Shown piece by piece: positions 10,313-20,991 of a stretch of DNA of 64,000 nt. Position 1 is the first letter of the stretch. Each line of letters opens with the position of its first letter. The stretch covers positions 1 through 64,000 of the forward strand of contig CAVUWD010000017.1 of assembly GCA_963745025.1 (NCBI GenBank), given 5' to 3'. A program made the translations under genes and the position numbers. This stretch comes from an uncultured delta proteobacterium. Its GTDB lineage: Bacteria > Desulfobacterota > Binatia > JACPRU01. Below the pieces are notes generated by a model. That model did no database searches and was not told the origin of the DNA. It was given only the letters and a program-made list of their open reading frames with translations.

Positions 10313-11146
10313 ATGGAACCAATCAACTACATTGAGCTGATCAACGACTACTACCAATCGAAGGGCTATCCACCCTATCGCTGGAGCGTGAACGAACGGG
10401 CGCCGCTCGCGCCGCTGCGCAAACCGCTGGCCGAATGCACCGTATCGATGCTCACGAGCGGCGGCATCTCCTACCGCAGCGCCGCGCCTTTCAACCCGAT
10501 CGCCAAGGACGATTTCCGCCTCGACGAGATCGACCCCGCGAGCGCGCACGATGCCTTTCAGATCCACGACGCCTATTACGACCACCGCGACGCGGAGCGG
10601 GACATCAACGTGGTCTTTCCGCTGGCCCGCCTGCGCGAGCTGGCACGCGACGGCGTCATCGGCCGGGTCGCGGACCGGCTGTGGAGCGGCTTCATGGGCC
10701 GCATCTACAAGCGCCAGCACATCATCGACGAGGCCGGCCCGCGTTTCGCCGAGGAACTGCACCGCGACGGGGTCGACGCCATCGTCCTCGTGCCTGCCTG
10801 ACCGCTGGATCACCAGACCGTAGGTCTGGTTTCCCGCGTCGTCGAAGAGCATGGCATCGCCACGGTCAACGTCTCCACCGGGCGCGACCTGACCGCCCAG
10901 GTCAAGCCGCCGCGCGCGGTCTTCGTCAACCATCCGATGGGCAATCCCTTCGGCCGTCCGGGGGATGCCGCGACCCAGACCGCGATCCTGCGCGCCGCGC
11001 TCGACTGCCTCGAGGCCTGCGCCGAGCCGGGCGAGCTGATCGACCTGCCGCACGATTGGGGCGAGAGGGTGCTGACCATCTTCGATCTCAAGGATGCATT
11101 CCGCGCCGGCGACCCCGACCCGGTCACCGGCAAACAGCCGCACTGA
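10313..11146 (+). CDS. Glycine/betaine/D-proline reductase selenoprotein B (PrdB/GrdB-like), Sec at TGA 10799-10801, 277 aa
   Basis: Homology continues in frame across the TGA (VLVPA-U-PLDHQTVGLVSRVVEEHGIATV...PPRAVFVNHPMGNPFG); also MLTSGG and YDHRDAERDINVVFPL. Confidence 0.88.
10812..10830 (+). promoter_or_regulatory. Bacterial SECIS element
   Basis: Perfect stem ACCAGACC/GGTCTGGT with a G-initiated GTA loop 18 nt after the in-frame UGA. Confidence 0.75.
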
Positions 11147-11268
11147 GGAGGCGGGCTGCCCGCTTGACGCGTACGGTTGTCCATCCTAATCGAGGCGCGA
11201 GGAACCTTCACGGGTCGAACCGGTCAAGTAGGGGCATTCCCCCGACGCCGGGGTCAACGAACAACTGA

Positions 11269-11323
11269 CCGTAGAAACGGGGCGCCTCGTGTTTGGGCAG
11301 CGTCGGGTATTGAGGCCTTACGT
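11269..11323 (+). repeat. Dispersed ~83-bp junction repeat, copy 1 (partial, 55 bp, diverged)
   Basis: CCGTAGAAACGGGGCGCCTCGTGTTTGGGCAGCGTCGGGTATTGAGGCCTTACGT. Confidence 0.9.
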
Positions 11324-11354
11324 GGAGACATCCGGACGGATCGGGGATCACTGC

Positions 11355-11475
11355 CAGCTCGATCTCTGTCGACGGCAAGGTCGTGCGCAGCGGGCACTCC
11401 GGCGACTTGATGGGCCACTGCTACAATTCGCTCGCCTGGGTCGGCAACAAGCTCGGCGAACACGGCAAGCGCGTC
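11355..11475 (+). pseudogene. Fragment of 2-keto-4-pentenoate hydratase/FAH-family gene
   Basis: SVDGKVVRSGHSGDLMGHCYNSLAWVGNKLGEHG. Confidence 0.55.
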
Positions 11476-11572
11476 AGCGAGCACTCCCACGCGGTAGAGT
11501 AGCGAGCGGGCAAGGTCCCGTGCGGTCGCTCGATGTTGCGGACGTACACGGCTGTGCTCCACGATAGCGGCG

Positions 11573-11820
11573 GTGTCCCAGAAGGAACTCCGCCAACTCG
11601 TCGCCCGCCTCGAGGCCGACGCGGCCCTCACGCCCCTGGCGCTACAAAGCCCGCGTTGTCGCTCTGGCTCTCCTTGGCTACGCTTACCTGCTCCTGATCC
11701 TCGTCCTGTCGGTCGGCCTGCCGGTAGTGTTTGTTCTCGGCCTCTTCACGAGCGCGACGGCCGTGTTCATTCAGCTCGTCCTGAAGCTCGGCTATCCCGC
11801 TTTTCGCCCTGGCAGCCGTG
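11573..11820 (+). pseudogene. Frameshifted N-terminal fragment of a membrane protein (M48 peptidase-like)
   Basis: LVARLEADA..P / RYKARVVALALLGYAYLLLIL. Confidence 0.5.
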
Positions 11821-11899
11821 CTCGCCAGTGGAACGGTCGGTCACGCGCCACGGAGAGGCGCAGAGCGACTTGAGTTCTTTTTGCCGCGAAGCCGCAGGA

Positions 11900-13138
11900 T
11901 CAGCGCGCGAGTTCAGGGAGGTTGCCGATCGTGAAGAGTCTCTCGGGGACGCGATCCGCCACGACGATACGGTGCATCTCGCTGAACGCGGCCCGTCCGC
12001 TTTCGTGATTGATCGCATCGAATGCGAGCCATAGAGGCGCCCGCACCTGCTCGTTCCCGGGATTGAACGCCGGGTTCCCGTAGAGCGTGAAGATCGTCTT
12101 GTAGTGTTTTCCCTGATGATCGTACGCGAGGACGTACAGCGGCACGTCCATCTGCTCGTCGATGTAGAGCACCCGCTTCGCGTACGGGTGATTGGGGTTC
12201 TTCGGCGTGCTCTCGAGCAGGAGCAAGTTCCGCAACTCCCAGGGATCCGTCGGGTATCCGGTGTGCGGATCGAAGCTCGCCTTGACGCCCTGCACCCCGA
12301 CCGGGGCGAGCATCTTCGCGCGGCCGAGGAACCGCCAGTTGTGCTCATGCAGGTAGCCTGCAAAGCAATAGTAGTCCTCGAACAGGAGCTCGCTCGACAA
12401 CGCCCGCTCCTCCAAGGTCACGTGCGTCTGACGGACCTTGTGCATCTCTCGGATGTACGCAAAATCGAGATCGCTCGTGCGATCGTCATCGTACCGGAAC
12501 TTGAGGCTTATCACGTTCTTCACGTCCTCCGGCTCGAGGGCCTGGAAAAGCTCCTTGTAGAGGATGCCCTCCCCCTGCCAGATGTTGTCTTTCGGATCGT
12601 TGCGGTGCATGCCGAACGCTTGGGCATAGGTGAACTCGACTGTGCGTATGATCTCCCCGCCCTCGACGAATCGTTGCGCCCCCCACCCTTGGCCGAAGTT
12701 GAAGGAGTCGTGGTACCGGTAGTTCCACGCCAACTTGAGGCCCGCCTGAGGGTCTGCGGCATCGATTTCCGGAAACGGACGGCCATTCACGTAGCCCTCG
12801 AGGCTTCCGTCCTCGCGCAGCCGTGCCTTTCCGGCGTTGCGGCGTGTCGCCTCGACGTAGGCCGGGGTCAGCGGCAAGTCCGTCGTCGCTCGCGTTCGGA
12901 TCTTGAGCTCGCCGCTCTTGACCTTTTCGACCAGCTCGGCGGGAAGCACGTTGACGGCGTCCTGCCAATTTTCCTTCGATAGAACCGGCGCCAAGTCGGT
13001 TCGTGTGGAGTGCTCCTCTAGAGGCAGAGGGCGTGCAGGTTGCGCGTCGGCCGAGGTGTCCGCGCCGGACGCCGGGCCGCCCATGCCCGCCGCGAGCGTT
13101 GCTACTGCGACCGAAGTGAGAAAGATTCGCATCGTCAA
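11900..13138 (-). CDS. DUF1329 domain secreted protein
   Basis: Signal peptide; YVEATRRN and GRPFPEIDAADPQAGLKLAWN; HPYAKRVLYID. Confidence 0.8.
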   Translation of the reverse strand: MTMRIFLTSVAVATLAAGMGGPASGADTSADAQPARPLPLEEHSTRTDLAPVLSKENWQDAVNVLPAELVEKVKSGELKIRTRATTDLPLTPAYVEATRRNAGKARLREDGSLEGYVNGRPFPEIDAADPQAGLKLAWNYRYHDSFNFGQGWGAQRFVEGGEIIRTVEFTYAQAFGMHRNDPKDNIWQGEGILYKELFQALEPEDVKNVISLKFRYDDDRTSDLDFAYIREMHKVRQTHVTLEERALSSELLFEDYYCFAGYLHEHNWRFLGRAKMLAPVGVQGVKASFDPHTGYPTDPWELRNLLLLESTPKNPNHPYAKRVLYIDEQMDVPLYVLAYDHQGKHYKTIFTLYGNPAFNPGNEQVRAPLWLAFDAINHESGRAAFSEMHRIVVADRVPERLFTIGNLPELAR

Positions 13139-13372
13139 GCTCCCATCTTCGCTGCCAGGTGAACGGGCAGCATCTTAGGTGCCACGCGAGCAGCCCATAG
13201 CGCCGCGAACTGATGGCCGTGTGGCAGATCTTTCGCGTGGCGCGAGAAGGTGTGTCTGGTCCGATCGGAGCCCCTCCTGGGATCGTAACGAGGTCCCTTG
13301 CGGGGAGCGGTCTTAGAAAAGAATCGCGCTCGTCGATCCTAAGCGGTCCGGAGCAATGGAACGGAGCCGGCT

Positions 13373-14020
13373 TCATCGAGTCCTCTTCGTTTTTCGCGCG
13401 GCCGCGGGCCGGGGCGGCTGCGCATGCTCCACGATCTGGCGGAAGCTCGCGAGCATGCGCGTGGAGCGGCGATCTTCGTCCGGATAGAGGATTCGTGCGA
13501 GAGCGAGACCGTCGAGCACGGCAAAGACGAAGTCCGGCTTCCGCAGTACGGGGTTCCAGGCGGCCTCTGGGAGATATTTCCGGAGAGCTTCGCCCACCGA
13601 ATTGACGAATGGCTCGCTTTGCCGGACCACGGCGGCTCGGAGCTCGGGATCGGTGCGCGAGGCGACCACGAACTCGAGCCACGCCGCGAAGCTAGGCCCC
13701 TCGAACATCCTCCAGAGCAGGTCGATCGCCACGCCCGGCCTGCCGGCCCGAGGCAGCCGCTCCGCGAAGAGCTGCTGAACCTCCTGATAGCGGCGCCGCA
13801 GAAGGCGCTCGACCGCGGCGACGACGAGGGCGGCCTTGGTCGGGTAGTGATAGACTTGTGCTCCGCGGGAGACGCCCGCCCGCTCCGCGATCTCGGTGGT
13901 GCTCGTCCGAGCATAGCCGACGGCGATGAGCGACTCGATCGTCGCCTCGAGGAGTCGCGTGCGTGTCTCCTCGCTTCGTTCGTCCTGGAGGCTTCGGCGG
14001 CGCTCGGCGGTCCGAATCAT
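13373..14020 (-). CDS. TetR/AcrR family transcriptional regulator
   Basis: TRTRLLEATIESL...STTEIAERAGVSRGAQVYHYPTK. Confidence 0.92.
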   Translation of the reverse strand: MIRTAERRRSLQDERSEETRTRLLEATIESLIAVGYARTSTTEIAERAGVSRGAQVYHYPTKAALVVAAVERLLRRRYQEVQQLFAERLPRAGRPGVAIDLLWRMFEGPSFAAWLEFVVASRTDPELRAAVVRQSEPFVNSVGEALRKYLPEAAWNPVLRKPDFVFAVLDGLALARILYPDEDRRSTRMLASFRQIVEHAQPPRPAAARKTKRTR

Positions 14021-14114
14021 GCCTTGGAGGAGCTACCTCATCTCAGCGTTCACGTGCAAGTCTGTTTTTATTCGGCAGACCCGAACTGTTTAGACAGCTT
14101 TGAACGCAACTGGC

Positions 14115-14196
14115 CCGTAGAAACGGGGCGTCTCGTGTTTGGGCAGCGTCGGATATTGAGGCTTAACGTCAGTCGCCGCTTATCCCAGCTATCCTC
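14115..14196 (+). repeat. Dispersed ~83-bp junction repeat, copy 2 (82 bp)
   Basis: Direct match to the other copies with 1 substitution and 1 deletion. Confidence 0.95.
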
Positions 14197-14434
14197 TCCG
14201 GAAGGGTACCCGATACATGACGCGGTCGCGGTGGCCGAGCTCGTGCGCCCGGGGCTCCTGACAACGGAGTACGTGAACGTCGTGGTGGAGTGCTCGTCGG
14301 AGCTTTCGCGCGGGCGCACGGTCGTCGACCGTAGCGGCCGCAGCGGCCGCGAGCCCAACGCCCGTGTCGCCGTCGACGTCGACACGGCCGCCTTCGTGCG
14401 CCTCCTGATTGAGCGCCTCCGCACGCTCGGGTGA
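14197..14434 (+). pseudogene. C-terminal fragment of nucleoside hydrolase
   Basis: PIHDAVAVAELVRPGL...VECSSELSRGRTVVD...NARVAVDVDTAAF; begins right after the repeat. Confidence 0.85.
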
Positions 14435-14585
14435 CGGAGCGAGGAGCCGGGAGCGTACCGGTCATCTGATGCGTGACCGACACCATCGTCCAATAGCGTC
14501 GGCGCTGCGGTGGGGTTAATGGTGTCCGTGCATCGCACTCGAATCGTTCGGATGCCCAGGAGCTGACACAACTCAGGAGGCCGCT

Positions 14586-15236
14586 ATGAGCACGAAGGTC
14601 CGCAGCAACGACATGAAGTTCGAGATCGTCGTCATCCCCGTCGCGGACGTCGACCGCGCGAAGGAATTTTATGGGAGGCTCGGGTGGAGGCTCGACGCCG
14701 AGTTCGCCAGTGGTGACGACTTCCGCGTGATCCAGTTCACGCCGCCCGGCTCCGGATGCTCGGTCATCTTCGGCAAGAACGTCACCGCGATGGCGCCGGG
14801 CTCCGCTCAGGGCCTGTACCTGATCGTCTCCGACATCGTGGCCGCCCGCGACGAGCTCCGCGGGCGCGGCATCGAGGTGAGCGAGGTGTTCCACAGCGAC
14901 GGCGTGTACGCTGGAACGGACGAGCCCTATCTATTTGGGCGGCGTCGGACCAGCGGTCCGGATCCCGAGCGTGGCAGCTACCGCTCGTTCGCCTCGTTCC
15001 GTGATCCAGACGGCAACGGATGGCTGTTCCAGGAGGTCACGACCCGGTTGGCCGGGCGCATCGACTCCGGGGTGACGAGCTTCGCGTCCGCGAACGATCT
15101 GGCGGACGCGTTTCGGCGTGCCGAGGCCGCCCACGGTAAGTACGAGGCCCGGCTCGGCCAGAGGGATGCGAACTGGCCAGAGTGGTACGCCGCGTACATG
15201 GTCGCGGAGCAGGCGGGTAAGGATCTGCCGTCGTGA
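14586..15236 (+). CDS. VOC/glyoxalase family protein
   Basis: EIVVIPVADVDRAKEFY, QFTPPGS and FRDPDGNGWLFQE motifs; AGGAGG RBS. Confidence 0.9.
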   Translation: MSTKVRSNDMKFEIVVIPVADVDRAKEFYGRLGWRLDAEFASGDDFRVIQFTPPGSGCSVIFGKNVTAMAPGSAQGLYLIVSDIVAARDELRGRGIEVSEVFHSDGVYAGTDEPYLFGRRRTSGPDPERGSYRSFASFRDPDGNGWLFQEVTTRLAGRIDSGVTSFASANDLADAFRRAEAAHGKYEARLGQRDANWPEWYAAYMVAEQAGKDLPS

Positions 15237-16606
15237 CTGCCTACGACGCGATCGTCATCGGCACCGGCCAAGCCGGTCCCTACGTGACCTCGCGTCTCGC
15301 GGGCGCCGGAATGAAAGTCGCGGTCATCGAGCGCAACGCCTTCGGCGGAACGTGCGTCAATACCGGCTGCATTCCAACCAAGACGATGGTGGCGAGCGCT
15401 TACGCGGCGCGCGTGGCCGCTCGCGCTGCCGAGTATGGCGTGGACGTCGGCTCGGTGCGGGTCGACATGAAGCGGGTCATGGGCCGGAAAGACGCGGTCT
15501 CGAAGGCATCGCGCACCGGTGTCGAGGACTGGCTGCGGAACATGGAGAACTGCACCGTCTACCAGGGCCACGCCCGCTTCGAGTCCGCGCACGAGGTGAA
15601 CGTCGGGGGAGAGCGCCTCCACGCGGACAAGATCTTCATCAACGTCGGCGGCCGGGCGCTCGTTCCCGACATGCCGGGGCTTCGCGAGATCGACTTTTTC
15701 ACCAACAGCTCCATGATGTCGATGGACTTTCTGCCGAGGCACCTGATCGTCGTCGGCGGCAGTTACATCGGCCTTGAATTCGGTCAGATGTTTCGGCGCT
15801 TCGGCGCCGAGGTCACGGTCATCGAGATGGGGCAGCGGCTCGTCGGCCGCGAGGACGAAGACGTGTCGACCGCGATCCGGGAGATCGTCGAGCACGAGGG
15901 TGTCGAAGTGCGCGTGAACGCGAAGTGCATCAGCTTCGCCAAACGCGGCGAAGAGATCGTCGCCAACGTCGATTGTGCCGACGGTGCGCCGCGAGTGCAC
16001 GGCACGCACGTGCTGCTCGCCGTCGGCCGTCGTCCCAATACCGACGATCTGGGCCTCGAGAAGGCGGGGGTCGCGGTCGACGAGCGGGGCTACGTCGTGG
16101 TCGACGACCAGCTCCGCACGGGCGTCCCGGGAATCTGGGCGCTCGGCGATTGCAACGGCAAGGGGGCCTTCACGCACACGTCGTACAACGACGGGGAGAT
16201 CGTGATCGCCAACCTGCTCGAGAACGATCCGCGCCGGGTGAGCGATCGGATCACCGCATACGCGCTGTACGTCGATCCGCCGCTCGGTCGGGCCGGAATG
16301 ACGGAGGGAGAGATTCGCAAGAGCGGGCGCAAGGCGCTCATTGCCAAGCGGCCGATGACGCGCGTCGGCCGCGCGGTCGAAAAGGGCGAGACTCAGGGAT
16401 TCATGAAGATCGCGGTCGACGCCGAGACCAGCGCCATCCTGGGCGCCGCGATCCTCGGCACGGGCGGCGACGAGGTCATCCACTCGATTCTCGACGTGAT
16501 GTACGCAAAGGCGCCGTGGACGGTGATCCGCCGCGCGATGCACATTCATCCGACCGTCTCCGAACTCGTGCCGACGATGCTGTCCGACCTCCGACCGATG
16601 GACTAG
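15233..16606 (+). CDS. FAD-dependent pyridine nucleotide-disulfide oxidoreductase (mercuric reductase/LPD-like)
   Basis: GTGQAG, GGTCVNTGCIPTK, GGSYIGLE and HIHPTVSE motifs; no C-terminal Cys-Cys. Confidence 0.93.
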   Translation: MTAYDAIVIGTGQAGPYVTSRLAGAGMKVAVIERNAFGGTCVNTGCIPTKTMVASAYAARVAARAAEYGVDVGSVRVDMKRVMGRKDAVSKASRTGVEDWLRNMENCTVYQGHARFESAHEVNVGGERLHADKIFINVGGRALVPDMPGLREIDFFTNSSMMSMDFLPRHLIVVGGSYIGLEFGQMFRRFGAEVTVIEMGQRLVGREDEDVSTAIREIVEHEGVEVRVNAKCISFAKRGEEIVANVDCADGAPRVHGTHVLLAVGRRPNTDDLGLEKAGVAVDERGYVVVDDQLRTGVPGIWALGDCNGKGAFTHTSYNDGEIVIANLLENDPRRVSDRITAYALYVDPPLGRAGMTEGEIRKSGRKALIAKRPMTRVGRAVEKGETQGFMKIAVDAETSAILGAAILGTGGDEVIHSILDVMYAKAPWTVIRRAMHIHPTVSELVPTMLSDLRPMD

Positions 16607-16663
16607 CCACACCTGAGATGAGTGAGCACCTGGTCGTGACTGAATCAGGAGTTTAGATCGGGA

Positions 16664-17292
16664 TCAGTAGCGCAACGACGTCACCACGCCGACCCCGGGC
16701 GCCGTTTGCAGTCGCTCGGCGAGCTCGTTGCCCTTGCTCAGCTCCTTCAGCTCCTGGTCGAACTCCTCGATGGAACAATCCAGCGCCTCGAGCACCTCGA
16801 GCAGCGGCTTCACATGCTGCACCAGTGCCTCCCGCATTGTCAGGCGTGATTTCGTCCGGCGGGTCTCCACCGCCGGAACACGAGCTCTCGCTCAGCACTC
16901 GAGCGTCGCGCTGGTCGCTCTTGAGCCGTCGTTGCCCAACTTCCAACGACGGCGCCAGCATCGAGGGCACCACGCGCATTTCGTGCCCACTCACCCGCGC
17001 GATCTCCGCCACCCAGAACGCTTCGGCCCCCGTCTCCACGATCACCCGGCTCTTGGCCCGCCCTTCCAAGTAGCGCCGTAGCGTCTGCGGTCGCGTCGCA
17101 ATCCGTCGCTCCTCGACGATCTCCCCGCCCTCGCTCCGCACGCACACCTGCGATTCCTTTGCTCCCAGATCGATGGCAATGTGTTCCATGGCTGGCTGCC
17201 TCCTCCTTCTGCGGCTTTGACCGCGTTTTGACATTGAGGCACGGTATCGCCGTGACCTCGTCAGTGAGGTAGCCAGCCACTTCATCTAATCT
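16664..17292 (-). mobile_element. IS110-family remnant: internally deleted/frameshifted transposase (16664-17189) plus structured 5' leader
   Basis: IAIDLG...VIVETG...KSDQRDARVL (RuvC-like DEDD) and RLQTAPGVG; long inverted repeat in the leader. Confidence 0.8.
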
Positions 17293-17353
17293 GACAAGGA
17301 ATCTATCTTCGGCGCTACGCTGGCGGCCACGGTTCGCGGTGAGCGAGAGGGCG

Positions 17354-18394
17354 ATGCAGTTTGGAATATTTGGGGGCGCCCAAGCCCAGAGCCTGCGCCC
17401 CGGCGCGGTCATGGGGCAGGGCTTCCATGATTTCATCGACTTCAACGTCGAGGCTGAGGCGTTGGGGTATCACAGCACGTTTCTGGTCGAGCACCACTTC
17501 ACCGGCTGGCATCAGGTGTCGGCCACGCTGACCTTGCTCACCTGGCTCGCGGCGCGCACCCGCAGGCTCCGCCTCGGCACCGCCGTGATGGTGCTGCCTT
17601 GGCACAATCCGGTTATCCTTGCCGAACAGGCCGCGACGCTTGATCTCATGTCCGACGGCCGGCTCGATTTCGGAGTCGGCAAGGGGTACAGGCACAGCGA
17701 GTTCAAGGGCTTTGCCGTTCCGTTCGAAGAGGCAGATGCGCGCTTCGAAGAAGCCCTCGACGTAATCCTGCGGGCATGGACGTCCGAACAGCGCTTCTCG
17801 CACCGCGGGCGTTATTGGCAATTCGACGACATCGTGGTTGAGCCTCCGACCCGGCAGCGGCCGCATCCACCGATCTGGATGGCGGCCGGCAGCGCGCCGT
17901 CGGTCCGCAAGGTTGCCGCGCGCGGTTTCAATCTGTTGCTCGACCAGTTCGCCTCGATCGAGGTCATCGGCGAACGCCTGGCCCGGTACCGAGCCGAGGT
18001 GGAGGAGCAAGGGCGTGTCTTCGATCCGACCCGGGTTTGCGTCGCCCGCGACATGTACGTGGCGCGCAATGAAGCCGAGAAGCAGGCGGCGCATGAGCGC
18101 AACAACAAGGTCAACCAGCGCATCCTGTCGGTCTCGCGCTGGCCGGACCGCGCAGGCGGCTCGCACATCCTGGCGTATTCGCATTCGGAAGCGTTGCGCG
18201 CCGACACGCTCATCGGCACCGCGGATGAGATCGCCGACAAGCTCGAAGCGCTTCGCCGTGTCGGCGTCACGTACGTGATCCTGAATTGCGGCGGCTCGCG
18301 CGAAGCGCTGCGGCGCTTTGCGCGCGAGATCATGCCGGCGTTAACGCACGAGCTGCGCACGCGCTCGCGACCGAATAACGTCAGCCCGCGTTAG
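17354..18394 (+). CDS. LLM-class flavin-dependent oxidoreductase
   Basis: EALGYHSTFLVEHHF, LAEQAATLDLMSDGRLDFGVGKGY and PHPPIWMA motifs. Confidence 0.92.
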   Translation: MQFGIFGGAQAQSLRPGAVMGQGFHDFIDFNVEAEALGYHSTFLVEHHFTGWHQVSATLTLLTWLAARTRRLRLGTAVMVLPWHNPVILAEQAATLDLMSDGRLDFGVGKGYRHSEFKGFAVPFEEADARFEEALDVILRAWTSEQRFSHRGRYWQFDDIVVEPPTRQRPHPPIWMAAGSAPSVRKVAARGFNLLLDQFASIEVIGERLARYRAEVEEQGRVFDPTRVCVARDMYVARNEAEKQAAHERNNKVNQRILSVSRWPDRAGGSHILAYSHSEALRADTLIGTADEIADKLEALRRVGVTYVILNCGGSREALRRFAREIMPALTHELRTRSRPNNVSPR

Positions 18395-18918
18395 TAGCGC
18401 GTTAATGGAGCCTATCCCCAGTCTCGCAACCTCCGAAGCACTCTAGATCGACCGTCACTATTACTCGGCTCCCTTCGGCCTGGTGGGCGAGCACGTCGAA
18501 GCGTTCGTGTTCCGGTAAGGCGAGTGCTCAGGGGGCCACCGTGAGCGGCGCAATCAACATGATGGCCTTCTGTATTCGCACGGTGAACCTCCTCGCCAGA
18601 GGTTGGTCTTCGATCAGTGAGATGGCGGAGCGGCACAGAAGGTTAAAGTAGCAACGCGCGGCGCAATTCATACTTCCGACGCCACCATCATTCTGATACC
18701 ATCCGCCGCGGTGGTGAGGTTGGCGCTGGAGAACATCGAGTCGACAGTCCGTTCGCCCGGTGACCGCGCATATTGAACGAGGGCGGCTCAACGAAATCGA
18801 GACAGTCTTCGCCGTGCCGGAGCGTCTGGCCGTCGCGCGTGAGGCTGTGCTCATCCCGTTCGGGCCGGCGGCTGGTGGCAGCTGGCACCGCCTGACAGGG
18901 CAGGAGGAGGTTTGAACG

Positions 18919-20097
18919 ATGCAAAGGTGTGGATGGGTGTGGAGTGGGATGATGCTGGTGTGCGTAGCGACCGTGCTGGTGGAGCCGCGCACGGGCAACG
19001 CGCGGAGTGTCACGCGGCGCGCGACCGCCGAGGCGGCGCCGCCGGCTGGCAGCGAGCTCTATCGTTCCGCCGTCGTGATGGATGCGGACTCCGGAGCGGT
19101 GCTCTTCGAGAAGGACGCGCATCTGCAGAACCCACCGGCGTCGATGACCAAGATGATGCTCATGCTGATCGTGGCGGAGCGGGTGCGCGACGGCAGCTTG
19201 CATTGGGACGATCCGATCGCCACCTCGGCGTGGGCGAGCAAGGTCGGTGGCTCGCAGGTCTACTTGAAGCAGGGCGAGGTGTTCCCGCTCTCGGAGATGA
19301 TGGAGGCGATCGCCATCCATTCGGCCAATGACGCATCGGTGGCGGTGGCCGAGGCCGTGGCGGGCTCGTCCGACGCCTTCGTGGAGCTGATGAACCAGCG
19401 CGCCAAGGAACTCGGTATGAACGACACGGTGTACCACAGCCCGCACGGCCTCCCCCCGGGCAAGGGGCAACAGGCCGACATGAGCAGCGCGGACGACATG
19501 GCTATCGTAGCGCGCGAGCTGGTGAAGTTTCCGGACATCATGAAGTGGTCGGGCACCAGGGAAGCGCCGTTCCGCAACGGCGCGATGACGCTCACCAACA
19601 CCAACCGTCTGGTGCGGGAGACCGGCTGGGTGGACGGCTTGAAGACCGGTTACTATCGCGAAGCTGGCTTCAATGTCACCGCCACCGCCAAGCGCGAAAA
19701 CCTGCGACTGATTGCCGTCGTCATGGGCGCGCCGCAAAAGCGCGACTGTTTCGGCGAGGCCGCGAAGCTGCTGACGAAAGGGTTCGGGGAGTACAAGGAG
19801 CTGTCGGCGGTGAAAAAGGGGGATGTCGTCGCGAAGGACGTGGCGGTGAAGGATGGGAAGCCGGGGTTCGTGCGGGTGATCGCGGGCGATAACGTGAGTG
19901 TTCTCTCCAAGCGCACGGACAAGCCCAGCTTCTCGGTCGAGCTGGTGCTCGCCGGCGATGTGCACGCGCCGCTGAGCGCCAATGCACGGATTGGCGACGT
20001 CATCGTCAAGGAGGGTAACACGGTGGTCGGCAAGGTGCCGGCGCTGGCGGCCGACGCCGTCGAGCAACAGACGTCGCTGTGGAAGCGGCTCTTTTGA
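18919..20097 (+). CDS. D-alanyl-D-alanine carboxypeptidase (peptidase S11, PBP5-like)
   Basis: PASMTK (SxxK), SAN (SxN) and KTG motifs. Confidence 0.93.
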   Translation: MQRCGWVWSGMMLVCVATVLVEPRTGNARSVTRRATAEAAPPAGSELYRSAVVMDADSGAVLFEKDAHLQNPPASMTKMMLMLIVAERVRDGSLHWDDPIATSAWASKVGGSQVYLKQGEVFPLSEMMEAIAIHSANDASVAVAEAVAGSSDAFVELMNQRAKELGMNDTVYHSPHGLPPGKGQQADMSSADDMAIVARELVKFPDIMKWSGTREAPFRNGAMTLTNTNRLVRETGWVDGLKTGYYREAGFNVTATAKRENLRLIAVVMGAPQKRDCFGEAAKLLTKGFGEYKELSAVKKGDVVAKDVAVKDGKPGFVRVIAGDNVSVLSKRTDKPSFSVELVLAGDVHAPLSANARIGDVIVKEGNTVVGKVPALAADAVEQQTSLWKRLF

Positions 20098-20109
20098 GGC
20101 GCGAGGGGA

Positions 20110-20769
20110 ACGCCGGGGCGGGCGCCACCCAGCGACGCCAGAAGGCGACCGTCTCCTTGAACGCGCCGGCAACGTAGTCGGGCGCCGCCGACGGCGTCTC
20201 TTTGCCAGGGAGGCTCTGCTCGAGGACGAACCATGCGTACTCATCAGCCCGCAGCGTGCCTCGGCCACGGCCGCGCCGGCTTCCTCGCGAAGGGGCACCG
20301 AGGCGCGCAGGTGAAGGGCCATCACCGGCGCGCCCGCGGAGACGAAACGCATCCCGTCTGTGGTGCGCTCGACCGTGTGGGTCGTTCGCGCATAGTCGAA
20401 CCGCGGCTGGCAGATCATGCGGAAGCGCACCTCGCCGCGGACGGTCTTGGCGCGACGCACGACCGGGTGCCCCCCGCTCGCGCTCTCGATCGGCATGAAG
20501 TCGGACACTTCGGCGACGCCGCCAGGGGCGAGGAAGCGTGTCAGCAGGATGCACGTGTCCGGTAGATAGAGCTGCTTCTCGCGCGCGCCCTCCAGCAAGG
20601 GGGCGAGCTGGAAGCGGCCGCCACACTGATCGTCGAGGAGGGCGGCGAACACGGATGGCGAGTCGAACTCCGGCAGGCACATGAAGTCGATCGAGCCGTC
20701 GGAGCCGACGAGGGCGACGGTGGAAAGGTCGCCTATGACGCCATGGTTCTCAATCGGGAGGTAGCTCAT
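20110..20769 (-). pseudogene. Glycoside hydrolase family 15 N-terminal fragment, frameshifted and truncated
   Basis: YLPIENHGVIGDLSTVALVGSDGSIDFMCLPEFDSPSVFAALLD; ETVAFWRRW in another frame. Confidence 0.85.
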
Positions 20770-20991
20770 GGCAAGGAAGGCCAGGGCATGTCTCGCTCAA
20801 TCGAGGCGTCGCAGTCAACGTGCGGCGATCGCGCGCGGTGCGCGTGACGATCATCGAGGCGCGCGATCGAGTCCTGCCGGTTTTCGAGGCTCTACAGCAC
20901 GGCATCGTGCGAATTGGTTGCGCGCGTTCGTGCTCAATCCGCCGGCGAGCTCGCGGTCGTGGGACACGGCGCCGACCCTCCGGACGACGAG

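Noticed and set aside
11260-11323. Resemblance of the repeat start to a c-di-GMP-I riboswitch (GAAA hairpin then GGCG)
   Set aside because: Downstream GCAAAGC and P3 elements are absent, and copies are not consistently upstream of genes
15233-16606. merA
   Set aside because: Lacks the C-terminal Cys-Cys pair and mer operon context
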